A DNA stretch of 63,945 nucleotides, the filler included, from Octopus bimaculoides (lineage: Eukaryota), in assembly GCF_001194135.2 (NCBI RefSeq). It is 7 parts of 5 records of this genome, joined end to end, with 100 filler letters (N's around TTAATTAATTAA, not from the genome) between each part and the next. Parts side by side here need not be neighbours in the genome. Positions count along the whole stretch, not along the records: positions 1 to 11,597 come from NC_068981.1; positions 11,698 to 28,247 come from NW_026424536.1; 5 more parts are not named here. One strand, 5' to 3'. Position 1 is the stretch's first letter; each line of letters begins with the position of its first letter. This document shows positions 1 through 12,349 of this stretch, in pieces. The notes beneath the pieces were generated by a model. It worked only from the letters and a program-made list of their open reading frames with translations. It had not been told where the DNA came from and did not search any database. Position numbers and translations under genes: made by a program.

Positions 1-14
1 ATATATATGGGAGA

Positions 15-165
15 ATTCAAGAAAAAACAACAGACGAAGACAGGTGGTATAAACAACAAATGGATGTATTAGTATAACACTCGCGAATAGAGAAAGTCTT
101 TAACATTTCGAGCCTATGCTCTTCAACAGAAAGGAACACAGAAAGAAACAAGGAGAGAAAAAAAT
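15..165 (-). mobile_element. Penelope-like terminal (pLTR-type) fragment with degenerate hammerhead motif
   Basis: Close homologue of 17075-17235. The minus strand reads CUUU-CUGUUGA-A-GAGC-AUAG-GCUC-GAAA-UG-UU-AAAG. Flanked by (TA)n. Confidence 0.55.
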
Positions 166-495
166 ATATATTATATATACATATATATTTGATTAATGAG
201 AGAGATGGAAGAGGGAAGATACGAGAATCTTTATTGACCACTACATTTGTTTTGACTCATCTAGCATTGATCCCTCATAGTTTATTGATCAATTGAGATA
301 AATTGAATGACCAAAGAAAATTAATGCTACTTTCATCAGAGCCATCTCTGGTTCCTTATCATTCTCTCTTTCATCATCATTCACTTCATCATCCATATTA
401 CTCTGTTCTTCTTTCTTTCACACTAACCCCTGATACCACACTTCATTTTCTCATTTCTTGCCATTTCCTCCTCCCAATATTGCCTCCTCTATTAC

Positions 496-1112
496 TCTCT
501 TTTGCTGAACTGCTAAGTTATGGGGACATAAACACCAATATCGGTTGTCAAGCGATGGCAGGGAGACAAACACAGACTCACACACATAAATACACAAACA
601 CAAATATATATATGTGTGTGTGTATACAAATACACATACACGTTTGTTTTTGTTTGGTCTTCTTGTGTGTCTCCACTGTCCTGTTTTTGTTCTCAACCAT
701 GACCCTCCATAAATCCCAAATTTTATTTTGGTACTTATAGGAGCAACTGTCTTCCAAGACTAATATTGTCATTCAATGCTCGAAATGAAGAGTAGATAGA
801 TAGCCGACAACTGATGACGAGTCTTTCTTTATGTTATTTGTCCTGTTTTCTGTTTGTTTTTCTCATTGTTTGCATATTGAACTCATTTGCTTTCCTATTT
901 CATGTTGTTTACTGTTAGTGATGTCCTATATCAATATGTGCATGTGTGTATATATATATATGATGGGCTTTCAGTTTCTATTTACCAAATCCTCACACAT
1001 GGCTTTGGTCTGCCTCAGGCTATTATAGAAGACACTTGCCCAAGGTGCCATGCAGTGGGACTGAACCCAGATCCATGTGGTTGGGAAGCAAGCTTCTTAC
1101 CACACAGCCATG
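496..1112 (-). mobile_element. SINE family A (tRNA head + CORE-like box + internal microsatellite + tail), interrupted by an insert at ~640-900
   Basis: Head 962-1112 contains CCTTGGGCAAGTG on the minus strand. Tail 496-575 matches 23268-23440 and 37742-37935. Confidence 0.8.
725..860 (+). mobile_element. Penelope-like terminal fragment nested in the SINE microsatellite
   Basis: GAGCA...TGCTC-GAAA stem followed by agtagatagatagccgacaaCTGATGA; same layout as 20790-20900. Confidence 0.4.
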
Positions 1113-1877
1113 TCTGTACCTATGTTTGCAAATTAATAAAACTGTACTCAATACATAAAGAAAAGAGTAGAAATTTCATTAGAAGCTGAAGCTACTTGAA
1201 TGAAACTCTGTTTCATGTTGCCAATCTTTCAAGCAACTGAAGTATGACAATAAGTAAACAAAAATATTCGTAAACTTAATCAGAATTTAATTAACCATCA
1301 GATTTCATCAATGGTTCAAAAAATGTTAGCAAACGTGTCACATTCATGCATTTGTCACATGAAGAACACATGACAGTTTCATTTCTGCTGTGCCTTATGT
1401 GAAAAATATACAAGAGCAAAGTAAGATCTATTGTTAGTGAAGTTTTAATGCTGAATATTTTAATGCTTTTTTTTTCATTTTGTTCATTATATGACCAGTT
1501 TCAACGTATGGCAAATCCATTGTGTGAAAAATAAACTATTTACTTATTTATTTCCCACATCATAGATTGGCCCTACCCTGAAAAATAGTTATGTAAGGGA
1601 AAAATAAAAAGAAGAAAAAGATAATTTGATATTCACTAATACTAAAACATCATTAACAATAGCCAGTTTCCTTTTTTCCTACATATCAAACCGAAGACAT
1701 GAAATATCACGTGCTTTTGCATGTGAATAGAAGGCTAAAATGTGATCTGCACATGACAATTGAAAAGCTGGATGTGTGATGTTATTTTAAGATTAATTTT
1801 TGATAGCCAATCAAATCCTAATGAGTAATCATATTTCAATAGGGTTTTTCATTAGACTGCTTCCCTACAGTAATTAT

Positions 1878-2038
1878 TTGAAAGGGGAGAGGGAAGCAGA
1901 TTTCATCAAACCCAGGGTTTAACTAGTATTTATTTTATCAACTCCAACAGGGGTTGACCTTGCTGGTATTTGAACTCAGAATGGAAAGCCAGGAGACATG
2001 CATTTAAGCATTTTATCAGTCAAGCTAACCATTCTGAT
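1878..2038 (-). mobile_element. SINE family B, degenerate
   Basis: gttgaccttgctggtatttgaactcaga matches the B-box region of 35452-35668. Confidence 0.6.
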
Positions 2039-3029
2039 ACATTCTCTTGCATGCTTCTGTAACTACACTTTTCTACAGAGCTATCTTAGTTTTCCTCTCT
2101 CTCACACATTTTGAGTGAGATTTGGCTGGGATTTCTAGCAGATGAAGTAAACAAAAGAGACTCCTTATTTGCTGCTTAGACAAAAGTTTTCTCTAAAAGA
2201 ACAAGTCTATAATCAAAAGTATTACACCCATTACCATTCTGCCTCTCTGTGTATCTATGACTATGCTGTCTTTTTGTTATTTTAATGTTAACATGGTGGG
2301 TATACTTTCAGGGAGATTGGAGGCTATTCCTAGTAGCTTGAATGATCACATAGGAGTTTCAGCATTTGTTTGTTAAACAGAAAGTTAGCAGTGTATATTA
2401 CACATAATTTATAACAGGGAACTGTTACTAGACTGTAGAATCAATTCAATGAATGTTTACTATTTATTTCTTCTCTTGTTGTAATTGTCACTATTAAAAA
2501 ACACAAATATGAACAATTGAAATATAAACTTTTCTCTGTGTTTTCCTCTAGTTTGTAAACTCAATATGTTCCAATTAGTACTAAAATATAATTATCTGGA
2601 CTAAAATATTACTTGGTATAATAAGCATGTAGAAAAGCTAAATGTTACGAGACAAATAAGCAGAAGTAGAAATATCTCAAATTAACAAGGTATATGAATG
2701 GTCTTTCAGCTACAAAGTAGCTGGAAGAAGTAAAAACTCAATGATGGAATAAAGAGTGTGTTTAGTAAAATACAGTGCAATCTAATGACTGAATAGAGAA
2801 TTGACTACATATATAACAAGTAATATTTTAACCTCTCAGTCTGAATTTTCCATTTAGTTGGTTTTGTGGTTAGTTACATGGTTTCTGATAACTGAACTCC
2901 ATCTGTGAGGCTGTGCGTCATAGACATTTTTCAGTTTATTTCTGGACACACAGACTTAATATAAATTTAGAGAGAAGCAAGAGTGAAGTGTGGCTTTTTG
3001 TTATTTAATTAGTTGAGGTACAATGGAAC

Positions 3030-3134
3030 CCAGCCTGGGGCTATAGTAGAAGACACTTGTCCAAGGTGTCACACAGTGGAACTGAACCTGAAACCGTGTA
3101 GTTGGGAAGCAAACTTCTAACCACACAGTCATGC
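3030..3134 (-). mobile_element. SINE family A head
   Basis: Matches 962-1112 and 61518-61680. Confidence 0.8.
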
Positions 3135-3191
3135 TTGGACTTAAAGATAAAATCAAACTTTCCAAGTTATTTTTTTTATTCATTTTAAAAT

Positions 3192-3342
3192 AATAATAAT
3201 CCTTTCTATTATAGGTACAAGGCCTGAAATTTGGGGGAGGAGACTAGTTGGTTACATCAACTCCAATGCTCAGCTGGTACTTATTTTGTATTGACTCGGA
3301 AAGGATGAAAGGCAAGTCAACCTTGGCGGGATTTGAACTCAG
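3192..3342 (-). mobile_element. SINE family B
   Basis: aaggatgaaaggcaagtcaaccttggcgggatttgaactcag, with a (TAA) tail. Confidence 0.75.
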
Positions 3343-3642
3343 ATATACTGTTGGTGAATTACAGAAAGCATGGAAGTTTTGAAGGATGTAGTGTCCTGAC
3401 AGCTAACATCTGATACGGGTAAATTATTCCATGCTTCAGCAATTCTGAGTGTAAGAAAAAGTTTCTGAAAATCATGCATGCTGTGTTGTTTTTTGATTTT
3501 GTAAGCATGTCATGACATATGGAATTCAAAAAGGTGCCCAAGGTTGTTGTTAGAAAGATTTTGAATAATCTTGTGGGTATCTACCAAGTCAGTTGCTAGA
3601 CATCAGAGATGTATATTCTGGGTGTGCTAGGTGTGCACTGTA

Positions 3643-5820
3643 CATCATCATTGTTTAACGTCCGTTTTCCATGCTGGCATGGGTTGGACAGTTCGACTGG
3701 GGTCTGGGAAGTCAGGAGACTGCACCAGGCTCCCTGCTGGATGCCCTTCGTAACGCCAACCACTCCGAGAGTTTAGTGGGTGTTTTTTACATGCCACCAG
3801 CACAGGGGCAAGAGGGGGTGCTGGTATTGGCCACATTTGAATGGTGCTTTTTACGTGCCACCGGCACAGGGATCACAATTGCAATTTCCATTTGATTTTG
3901 GTTTTGATGTACTTGACTCAATAGGTCTCCTCAAGCATGGCATGTTGCCCTACGATCCAAGGTACTTTTCGGTGGGCTGGTTATGTGACACTGGTGTAGG
4001 TTACAGCTGTGGACTCACTTTATTTGCCGGGTCTTCTCAGTCACAGCATACCTCCAGAGGTTTCGGTCTTTTGTCATTGCCTCTGTGAGGCCCAACGTTC
4101 GAAGGTCATGCTTCACCACCTCATTCCATGTCTTTCTGGGTCTCCCTCTATTCCGGATTCCTTCCACTGTTTGGGAGTGGTACTTCTTCACACAGATCTC
4201 CTCATCCATCCGTAGTACATGTACCCATGCAAACGTCTCTCTTGCACGCCACATCTGATGCTTCTTATGTCCAACATTTCTCTCAGGGCGCTTAAACTCT
4301 GTTGTGTGTGTACACTGACATTACACATCCATGCTAGCTTCATTTCGTTTGAGCCTGCGCACATCCTCAGCAGTCATGCCCCATGTTTCACTGCCTTGTA
4401 GCATAGTAATTTGCACACATGCATCATACAGTCTACCTTTCACTGTGAGCGAGAGGCCCTTTGTCACCAGTAGGGGTAGGAGCTTTCTGAACTTTGCCCA
4501 AGCTATTGTTACTCTAGTGGTAACACTCTCTGAACATCCACACCTACTACAAATTTGGTCACCTAGGCAGCAGAAGCTATCAACTACTTCTAGTTTCTCC
4601 CCCTGGCATGTGATGGAATCTGTTTTCTGAGCATCTGTGGTGTTTATTGCCCCTGTGCATCTGTCATGAAAGCTATCTTCCTGGTTAATCTTCCTTTGAT
4701 GTTGCTGCACCTCTTATGTGTCCATAGCTTACACAGGGTACATCTTATGGAGTTTCTACCTACACCTTTTCTACAGATTGAGCAGGGCCACCTACCGGAT
4801 GTGGTGTGTGATGTGTTTGCCTTCCTACTTACTAGAACTTTGGNNNNNNNNNNNNNNNNNNNNNNNNNNNNNNNNNNNNNNNNNNNNNNNNNNNNNNNNN
4901 NNNNNNNNNNNNNNNNNNNNNNNNNNNNNNNNNNNNNNNNNNNNNNNNNNNNNNNNNNNNNNNNNNNNNNNNNNNNNNNNNNNNNNNNNNNNNNNNNNNN
5001 NNNNNNNNNNNNNNNNNNNNNNNNNNNNNNNNNNNNNNNNNNNNNNNNNNNNNNNNNNNNNNNNNNNNNNNNNNNNNNNNNNNNNNNNNNNNNNNNNNNN
5101 NNNNNNNNNNNNNNNNNNNNNNNNNNNNNNNNNNNNNNNNNNNNNNNNNNNNNNNNTAAGGGTTTATCTTTGACTGGTATTTCTCCTGCAGTTGCCGTAC
5201 AAGGAATATAGCATCAGTTGTGCTTCTACCTGGCACAAAACCAAACTGCATCTCATCTAAGCAGACTCTTTCCCTAATGAGATGGGCTATGACACTCTCC
5301 GTGACCTTCATCACCTGATCCAGCAGTTTGATACCCCTGTAGTTATTTCTATGTAAAGTATCGCCTTTACCTTTGTAGCAGTTGACTATGGTGCTGCTAC
5401 GCCAGTCATTGGGTATGACTCCATCATGAACTACCTGGCTTACAATACGGGTGACTAGGCCATAGCCCACACCACCAGATGTATTATGCATCTCAGCAGT
5501 GATTCCTGATGGGGCAGGGGCTCTTCCTGGCTTCATATCCTTAATTGCTTTATCTACCAGGGTGCTGTCTATTCGGATAGCTGGTCCTTCTACTGGATCA
5601 TCATTTGGCAGGCTCTCCTCCTCCCACTCATTCTCCACATTTAACAGTCTTTCATAATGGCTCCTCCAAGCCTCTTTCTTTTCCGAATCATTAAAAGCAA
5701 GTGCACCATCATCCATGTGGATACATTTCTCTCCTGTGACATCACAATTTTCTCTCACACACTGTCTTGCAATCCGAAATACTTCAGTTCTTTGGTCCTC
5801 ACATCACTGGCAAATTCACT
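3643..5820 (-). mobile_element. 5'-truncated RTE-clade LINE (RT, C-terminus, 3'UTR, (GAT)n tail), disrupted
   Basis: Minus-strand peptides NYRGIKLL, QFGFVPGRSTTDAIF, MLQGSETW and GRPRKTWNEVV..DL. The 3' end is ggaaaacggacgttaaacaatgatgatg. There are frameshifts, and an N-gap (4844-5156) lies in the RT core. Confidence 0.92.
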
Positions 5821-5929
5821 ATAAATATTAACCCTACTTAATTTAATCACAAATCTTAATGGAAAATTTTTGTTATATCCCTGCTTGAAATTTGGTGGCA
5901 TTGGGTGTGGTAGCACACCCAGTATAACA

Positions 5930-8050
5930 ACCACCATACATCATCGGCTTTAATGTGTTCATGCTCAGGTAAGCAAGATGCTCAGAGTATGGTAGATGTC
6001 TGATGGAGGGTATTTGTCTGGTTGTACATTTCTGAACAGTTTCCAGGAGATTGATATGCTGACAAAATAGGGGTTTCAGACAGGTTATGCAAACTCTAAG
6101 TGTGGACATACCATAAGCCATATATAGCTTTAAACAGATAGCTGGAGATGGTTGACAAAGGTCTTACTGAGTAATACTAAGGCACCATCAGCCTTCTTGA
6201 CAATTTTAGAGATGTGGTTTGTTCAACATGAATCACTGCTGACAATAATGTCCAGGTCACATTCACTAGCAAACTTGAATTGGTGTTGTTGAGAGTGTGT
6301 GTAAAAACTGGGTTTTACCTTCCAAAATGCATGGTGGTGCACTGGTCCACAACCAGCTTAAGTTGCCAGTCAGTGCTGCATTGTGTCCAGGTCTGACTGC
6401 AGGAAAGATCTATAGCATGTAGGATCTGTTCTTTTTGTCTCAACGTACAGCTTGAGGTCATCTGTGTATTTCAACACTGTAACATTCTTCAAGTTGGCGT
6501 CTATGTCAATATATGCAACAAACAACAGGGATCCAAGAATAGATCCCTGTGGTACACCAAATGTCATCTCATAATAAAGAACGATGTCCTAGAATCATGA
6601 CTACCTCTTTTCAACAGAAAATGAAGGACTTCAACTAATTATAAAGATAATTTTTCACACCTATGCAGAGAGTTTTGCCAGAAGTTATTTGTGTGGCACA
6701 GAACTGAAGCAAAGTCAAGATAGATACATCCACCCATGAGCTGCCATCAGTGATTCGGGCAATGTGTTCAAGAAACTTGATGAGTTGGCTGCAGCAGCTG
6801 GAGTTAGGGATAAATCCAAATTATGAGGGTCAAATAAGGCTGCGAGAGCTTCAGAAGTTCCAGAGTGTTTCTCTGACACATCAGTTTGGTAATGTAGCTA
6901 ATAAGACTGGCTGGACAGTAGTTAACAGGTGATGTGTGATCACCCTTTTTGAACAGGAAGATGATATTGGCAATTTTCCACTGCTCTAGAGTGACACAGT
7001 TATTAAGGCAGAATTGGAAGAAGAATGAACGCTGGTGCAAAAGAAAGAAGCAGATAAGTAATACCATCATGATCAGGAGAGGCAAAGTTGTGCTTATTCT
7101 CGAGGTGGATTGCAGCATTGCAGATGGAAATTTCCAAGACATTATAGAATTTGATGTCAGAGGTGCTGAAGAAAGTACATTTGAATTTTCAACAGTAAAA
7201 ATTGCATTCAGCAATAAGTTCTGCATTCTTTGGGATCATCAGTAATCCGACACGTATGTGGATTGCAAAGAGGGCCAATTGGAGAGTAAGGTATCTGTTT
7301 TGAATGTACATACTTCCAGAGTATTTTGCAGTCAAGGCTAATTGCTATATGTTGTTCAAATTCAAGCACTGCCCATTTTTGCCCCCTGTTTGAAATAGTT
7401 AGATTATTTATTAGGATTTTTAAAGTAATTACATGGTACTGATGGTTTACATGTGGCCCAGATTGACTTGAGGATGTTCTGAAATAGAATATTGACATCT
7501 ACGGAATTGAAAAATTCAAGCCAGTTTAGGATTTGTAACTCAGTGCAGTAAGAATTTCAGTCTGTCCTGCTCCAGTCAAAGCAAGCAGTTTTGAGGTGGT
7601 GATGGTTCTTGTTTCTGCCCATAATCAGTTACTTAAAGGTTCTTCAGTACTGACACTGATAACTGTATCAGGGGTAGTGGTAAAGAGCAGATCCAAAGTG
7701 CTGTTACCTCTTGTGGGGGAAGTAACTACTTGGGACCAGATCAAATCCAACACTAAGTCAAGGAAATCCTTTGTACTTTGGTACAAAAAAGGTCTCCCAA
7801 TCAATCTCAGGGTAATTGAAGTCATCAGCAATGAAAATATAAGTAGATGTTTTCCTTGGTGCAGCTCTGAGGATGTCAAAAAGCTGTGTCTTAATGGTAG
7901 TTTGGTGGGTGGTAAACAACTCCAAGTAGAAGTGTTGACATGTTTATGCATATTTCATAGAAAAATATCTCTTGTTGTGATTGGTTCAAATCATCACAAG
8001 GGGTTGTTGAAAAGTTTGTATGAATGTAGACCACCCCACAACAATTAAAG
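5930..8050 (-). mobile_element. Degenerate CR1-group LINE ORF2 (APE endonuclease + RT)
   Basis: APE motifs GVVYHPP and QVVTSPTRGNSTLDLLFT. RT motifs WKIANIIFLFKKGD..NYCPASL, GVPQGSILGSLLF and KYTDDLKLY. C-terminal LETVQKCTTRQIP..LPYSEHL. Confidence 0.88.
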
Positions 8051-9464
8051 CAATCTTTGCAAAACAAGAAAATGGAAGCAAAGCTGCATGATAGTTGTGT
8101 CAGATGTGGAATGCAACCATCATACAACTTGTTTGACATGCACATTGTTTTTGTTTGCTTGCTTGCATATCAGTTTATACTAAATAGCAAAGTTCTAATG
8201 TTTAAATCCATGTTTCTAGAACACTGCATCAACTGCTTAAAATGATGTACTTGCTGTAAAGCAGAATATACATTTTCTTTAAAGTTGAAGGAAATGTCAG
8301 TGATAATCTCGGTATTCAGAAAGGGAAAGCTAGCACAATTAATTTCTATAATTTTATTTCTAGCAGTAAAAAAAGAAAAAGAACATTTCTATGTTAACTA
8401 TTAGAATTCTTCAGAATTTCTTTTGTTGTTGGTTTTGTGTACTGAGACACATATAGCAATCAGCCATAACTGTGCATATATTCTGAAGTCAGAAGAATTT
8501 TTATCCCATGTACATTTTAAGATCATTATTGTCTGTTTCTAGTTTACTCTTAGGATGATAAATGCATAAAATAGTAAATTAGCAAGATATCCTAGTTAGT
8601 GTCATTTTCCACAAAATGATCTTAGATGATAGTAATGGGTCAGACTTTTAACTGCTTTCTAAATATTTGATAAATTCTCTCTCTTTAAAGTCCATTATTT
8701 TATCATTAGTTTGTTATGTGGAAGATATAGTGTTTTAATCAATTTAAGTTTCTTTAATGTAACCCTACATAAGACTTCATATAAAAAAAAAATAGTTGCA
8801 ATAGAAATACCATTATTACAGTATTTCTTATAGATACCATGGTCTTCCATATAGTTTCCATCAACAAAATTCACTTAGAAGGGACAGGCTGTAGTAGATT
8901 CCATCCAAGTGGAGTTAAACTGATAACCAAGTGGTTTGTGAGAGCCAAATTCTTAATCATTCATCCTATATCTATAGATACACAATATCAGGGCTAACTA
9001 AGGTTTAATAATGAGTGCAGGGACAACACGCACTTCTGCACTGAATAAATAGTATCACAAAGGCACTCTGGCGATGCAACTGAGTCAAAAGTCTTGTGTG
9101 TGAGAAATAATTTCAGCAGTTGTAGAAGAATGCATAGACAGGATATAAAAGGGGTTGGACATATAATGTTATCAGGAAATAACCTACAATTTTAGGAGAA
9201 ACATTCACAATTGATAGAAAGTCAAACAAGCAATGTAAACACACACACATACATTTATGTGCACACATGTACACATGATTTCATTTATGCATGGCAACCT
9301 CTTGTTAGAACTCAATATACATGTGTCTCAGAATAATTTTTTCCCTTGTTTTTAGATACTTTCCCTTTTTATCTGTCTCCATAGGTTTTGTTTTTCCTGT
9401 CTGGGTTTTAATGGTCACTCATATGTACCTGTTTAGATGTGTATTAACATATTTATATATATTT

Positions 9465-9700
9465 TGAAGCCACTGTTAGCTAAGTTAGGGCATTGTTATA
9501 GTAGGAGGCTGCCTTATCAAAAATTTCTTTAGATGAAGAGAAATTGGATATCCTATTACTAATGCCAGTTATCAGGTTTTTAAACACTATAGAGATGGAT
9601 GGACTGTTTGTGTATATAGAAAAGTTTCTCATTAGGCTTATGGTACAGTTTATAAGAGTGAAAGTTTAGATCTAGAAACACATCTAAAAAATTGGGAATT
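9465..9700 (-). mobile_element. Penelope-like RT C-terminal fragment
   Basis: Translates as FLDVFLDLN..SYKLYHKPN..FYIHKQSIH, then (frameshift) KNLITGISNRISNFSSSKEIFDKAASYYNNAL. Confidence 0.75.
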
Positions 9701-9865
9701 TGAGGCTTAACTGACTAAGGGTAGGAAAGATTTTTTTCTTAAATTTATCACTATCTTTAGTCAAATAGGCCTCAAAATCACTTTTACAATTAATCTGTCA
9801 AAAACTGATATTTTAGATATTTCCCTAGACCTAAACAAAGACTGTTTACAATGCTATCCACAAGA
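9700..9865 (+). mobile_element. Penelope-like RT fragment in the opposite orientation
   Basis: Translates as KFITIFSQIGLKITFTINLSKTDILDISLDLNK. Confidence 0.7.
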
Positions 9866-9869
9866 AAGA

Positions 9870-10700
9870 TTGCCCTGGCATATACATCAAAGGCATGTCA
9901 GAACCAGCATGTAATCATAGCTTATCAAATATTTTGTACCAGTAATTTTCTATCAGAACTCCTTCAAACCTAGTCATTCACTGAGTATTTGAATCAATTT
10001 CAATTAAATTTTCACAAATCCACTGCTGGAAATCATGGTTCAAATAATTATTTTTGATTTTCAAATTAAAAAAATTTAATAAGCAGCAGAGATGATTTTT
10101 CATAAGATTGCCAATTTCAACCTCTAAATCCAGATCAGATTGATGATAAGTGTCACTAAAAATTGGAAAACTGTCAGAAGCATTTTGTTTCACAGTTGCA
10201 ATTTATGTGATAACAATATCATTTTATCGTACAAAGATAAACATGATTCATTCCATTTTGCAAATCTTCAGAGTCATGCTGTGTTTGTTAATCTGTCAGA
10301 TAATTGAAATTTATGATTGATAAGATATGCCAACATTTTCTTCTACAATTCAAACATTTTTACAAAAATATTACCTTGTCCATCTAATTTCTCTATGAAA
10401 AAGTAAAGTGTTGTGAAGTTAAGCTATATATTTGCATTCAGCTTAAAAAAACTCTACAATTTTATATTAGCATTCTATATACCTTACTTAATATGGATAC
10501 ACTGTAAGAAAGCCACAAAGCTGCAGTATTCATTTTAAGAAAGCTTCACATATAAATGCATAGTGCTAAAAAGCACAAGAGCATAACCATAGTAAGACAA
10601 AAAGCATCAAGCAGTGATAGTGGAATTGTTAAATCATGACTTCTCTGTCTGTACATCATCAGTAGCATGCATCCTTCTACAAATTTTCTTTTTACTAATA
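9870..10700 (-). pseudogene. hAT transposase relic (Buster/Charlie, ZBED5/SCAND3-like)
   Basis: Minus strand gives LHNTLLFHREIRWT / GNIFVKMFEL (cf. LLFHTEVRWLSRG.VL.R.FEL), HKLQL..N...FP and HL..L..FF. Many stops. Confidence 0.7.
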
Positions 10701-10975
10701 TAGAAAAACAGTGACTAACAAGTGGATACTTACTACTGATGACATTCAGACACATAAATTATGATTTAGCAATTCTACCAGTGCAGCTGTTTGCTGTTGA
10801 TACACTTCTGTTTTTTTTGCACACTATATGTCAATACAAGAAGCTTTATCAAGATGAAAATTGGATTTTAGTGGCTTTCTACAGTATATCCACATTAAGT
10901 AAGATATACAGAATGCTATTCGAACCAATACTATTTCTGTTAATAATAAACATTTTAGTTACCTACATAACAGCT
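10700..10975 (+). repeat. Inverted duplicate of the hAT segment 10410-10700
   Basis: gtggctttctacagtatatccacattaagtaagatatacagaatgcta (10871-10918) mirrors 10468-10516, and the homology runs in to a centre near 10699. Confidence 0.75.
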
Positions 10976-11406
10976 ATCATTATCATAACATGTCCTACTT
11001 TGATGACGCTCATACATTTAGAATTTATATCTGTTTTTCCATGCTAGCATGGTTTAGGTGAATGTGTTACTGAGGTATTGTTTTATAGTCTGATGCCCTT
11101 CCTCATGCTAACTTTTACCTATTCTTCAACTACAAGATCTCTTATTCCACACAGTTTAAAAAACATGAAGTGGGCAATTTATTGACAGAAGTGCCAAGAA
11201 GAATACTCAACCATGGTAACTTTCATAAAACCAAGAACACATCTAAACAAACACACAAACATATGTACAAGCATACATGAAGGGCTTCATTTCAGTTTTC
11301 ATCAATCAAATTTACAGACAAGGTCAAGGGCCCAGGAACAGGGGTGCACTTGCAGGCTCTAAAATTTTGTGGGAGTGCAAAATTCAATACTGCACACCTT
11401 ACTTAC

Positions 11407-11443
11407 ATTTCCCAGGCTTAGAAAATAGTGTTTAAAAATTGAT
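11407..11443 (-). other. Candidate 37-nt exon
   Basis: Acceptor ttttttacag and donor gtaagt; one open frame (SIFKHYFLSLGN). Splice signals only. Confidence 0.25.
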
Positions 11444-11597
11444 CTGTAAAAAATTGCCTGAAGTTAGGTTTCTTCACAAAATGAGAACAAAGAACTAAAC
11501 TAAATAAAAAGAACCCCACTGCCCCAAATTCCTAGAAAGATATATTACTGAACTAAAGCTTTCTCAAAATTAAAATTATATATATATATATATATAT

Positions 11598-11697
11598 NNN
11601 NNNNNNNNNNNNNNNNNNNNNNNNNNNNNNNNNNNNNNNNNTTAATTAATTAANNNNNNNNNNNNNNNNNNNNNNNNNNNNNNNNNNNNNNNNNNNN
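11598..11697. other. Artificial 100-bp scaffold join N44-TTAATTAATTAA-N44 (also centred at 28292, 57980, 59637, 61737, 62875)
   Basis: The same 12-mer sits in the middle of N-runs six times. Confidence 0.95.
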
Positions 11698-11725
<28 letters not shown>

Positions 11726-11728
<3 letters not shown>

Positions 11729-11855
11729 CGAGCTTCTTTCATTTCCCATCTACCAAATCCACTCACAAGGCTCTGGTTGACCCAAGGCTATAATAGGAGA
11801 CACTTGCCCGAGGTACTATTCAGTGGGGCTGAACCAGGAACCATGTGGCTGGGAA
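11726..11855 (-). mobile_element. SINE family A head
   Basis: gacgagcttctttc...gacacttgcccgagg...gaaccaggaaccatgtgg. Confidence 0.8.
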
Positions 11856-11889
11856 CAACAAGTATCCCAGACCAGGTAGGACAACTCAC

Positions 11890-11965
11890 CTTGGTACCAC
11901 TGAGATCGGTAGATATCTATATTTGCTAATTTTTGTGGCTTACCAATAGCATGCTCCAGAATCAT
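11890..11965 (-). CDS. Candidate first coding exon MILEHAIGKPQKLANIDIYRSQWYQ (phase 1), product unknown
   Basis: The ATG at 11965 is open to a CAAG|gtgagt donor. TATATAAG at 11999 and an Inr-like TCACTT lie just upstream. No homology recognised. Confidence 0.3.
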
Positions 11966-12100
11966 TTCGAAAGTGAGTCGCTCGCCTGGGACTTATATAC
12001 AAAATGAAGCGAAATCCATTTGCTGACGTGATGCGACTTAGCGCATGTGAAAACAAGAGTGAATTTGAATTTTAGAAGCAGCTCTAAAAATGTAAGCATC
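11940..12100. promoter_or_regulatory. CpG-enriched promoter-like island
   Basis: Local CpG excess, TGACGTGA (ATF/CRE-like) at 12024 and an NRF1-like GCGCATG. Splice donors face outward on both strands (11943 and 11889 minus; 12091 plus). Confidence 0.45.
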
Positions 12101-12349
12101 ATCGGCCGCACTTTTGTGTGTGTGTGTTTTGCTTATACGCCAATTTACTGCCGGGAAGCGTCCTGAGAAGGCTCTCTACATAATGATTCATCTTCTCTGA
12201 ATGTTTTTCAAATACTGTTACTAGTCGTAAATTTTGTATTCATTTCAGACAATTCTTCCCATTGAAACATCGCAAAATCTCCGTTAATATTTTTCTCTGA
12301 ATTCGAATCAAAATCTCACTCAAACGCCATTTGCATTTATATTTAGCGA

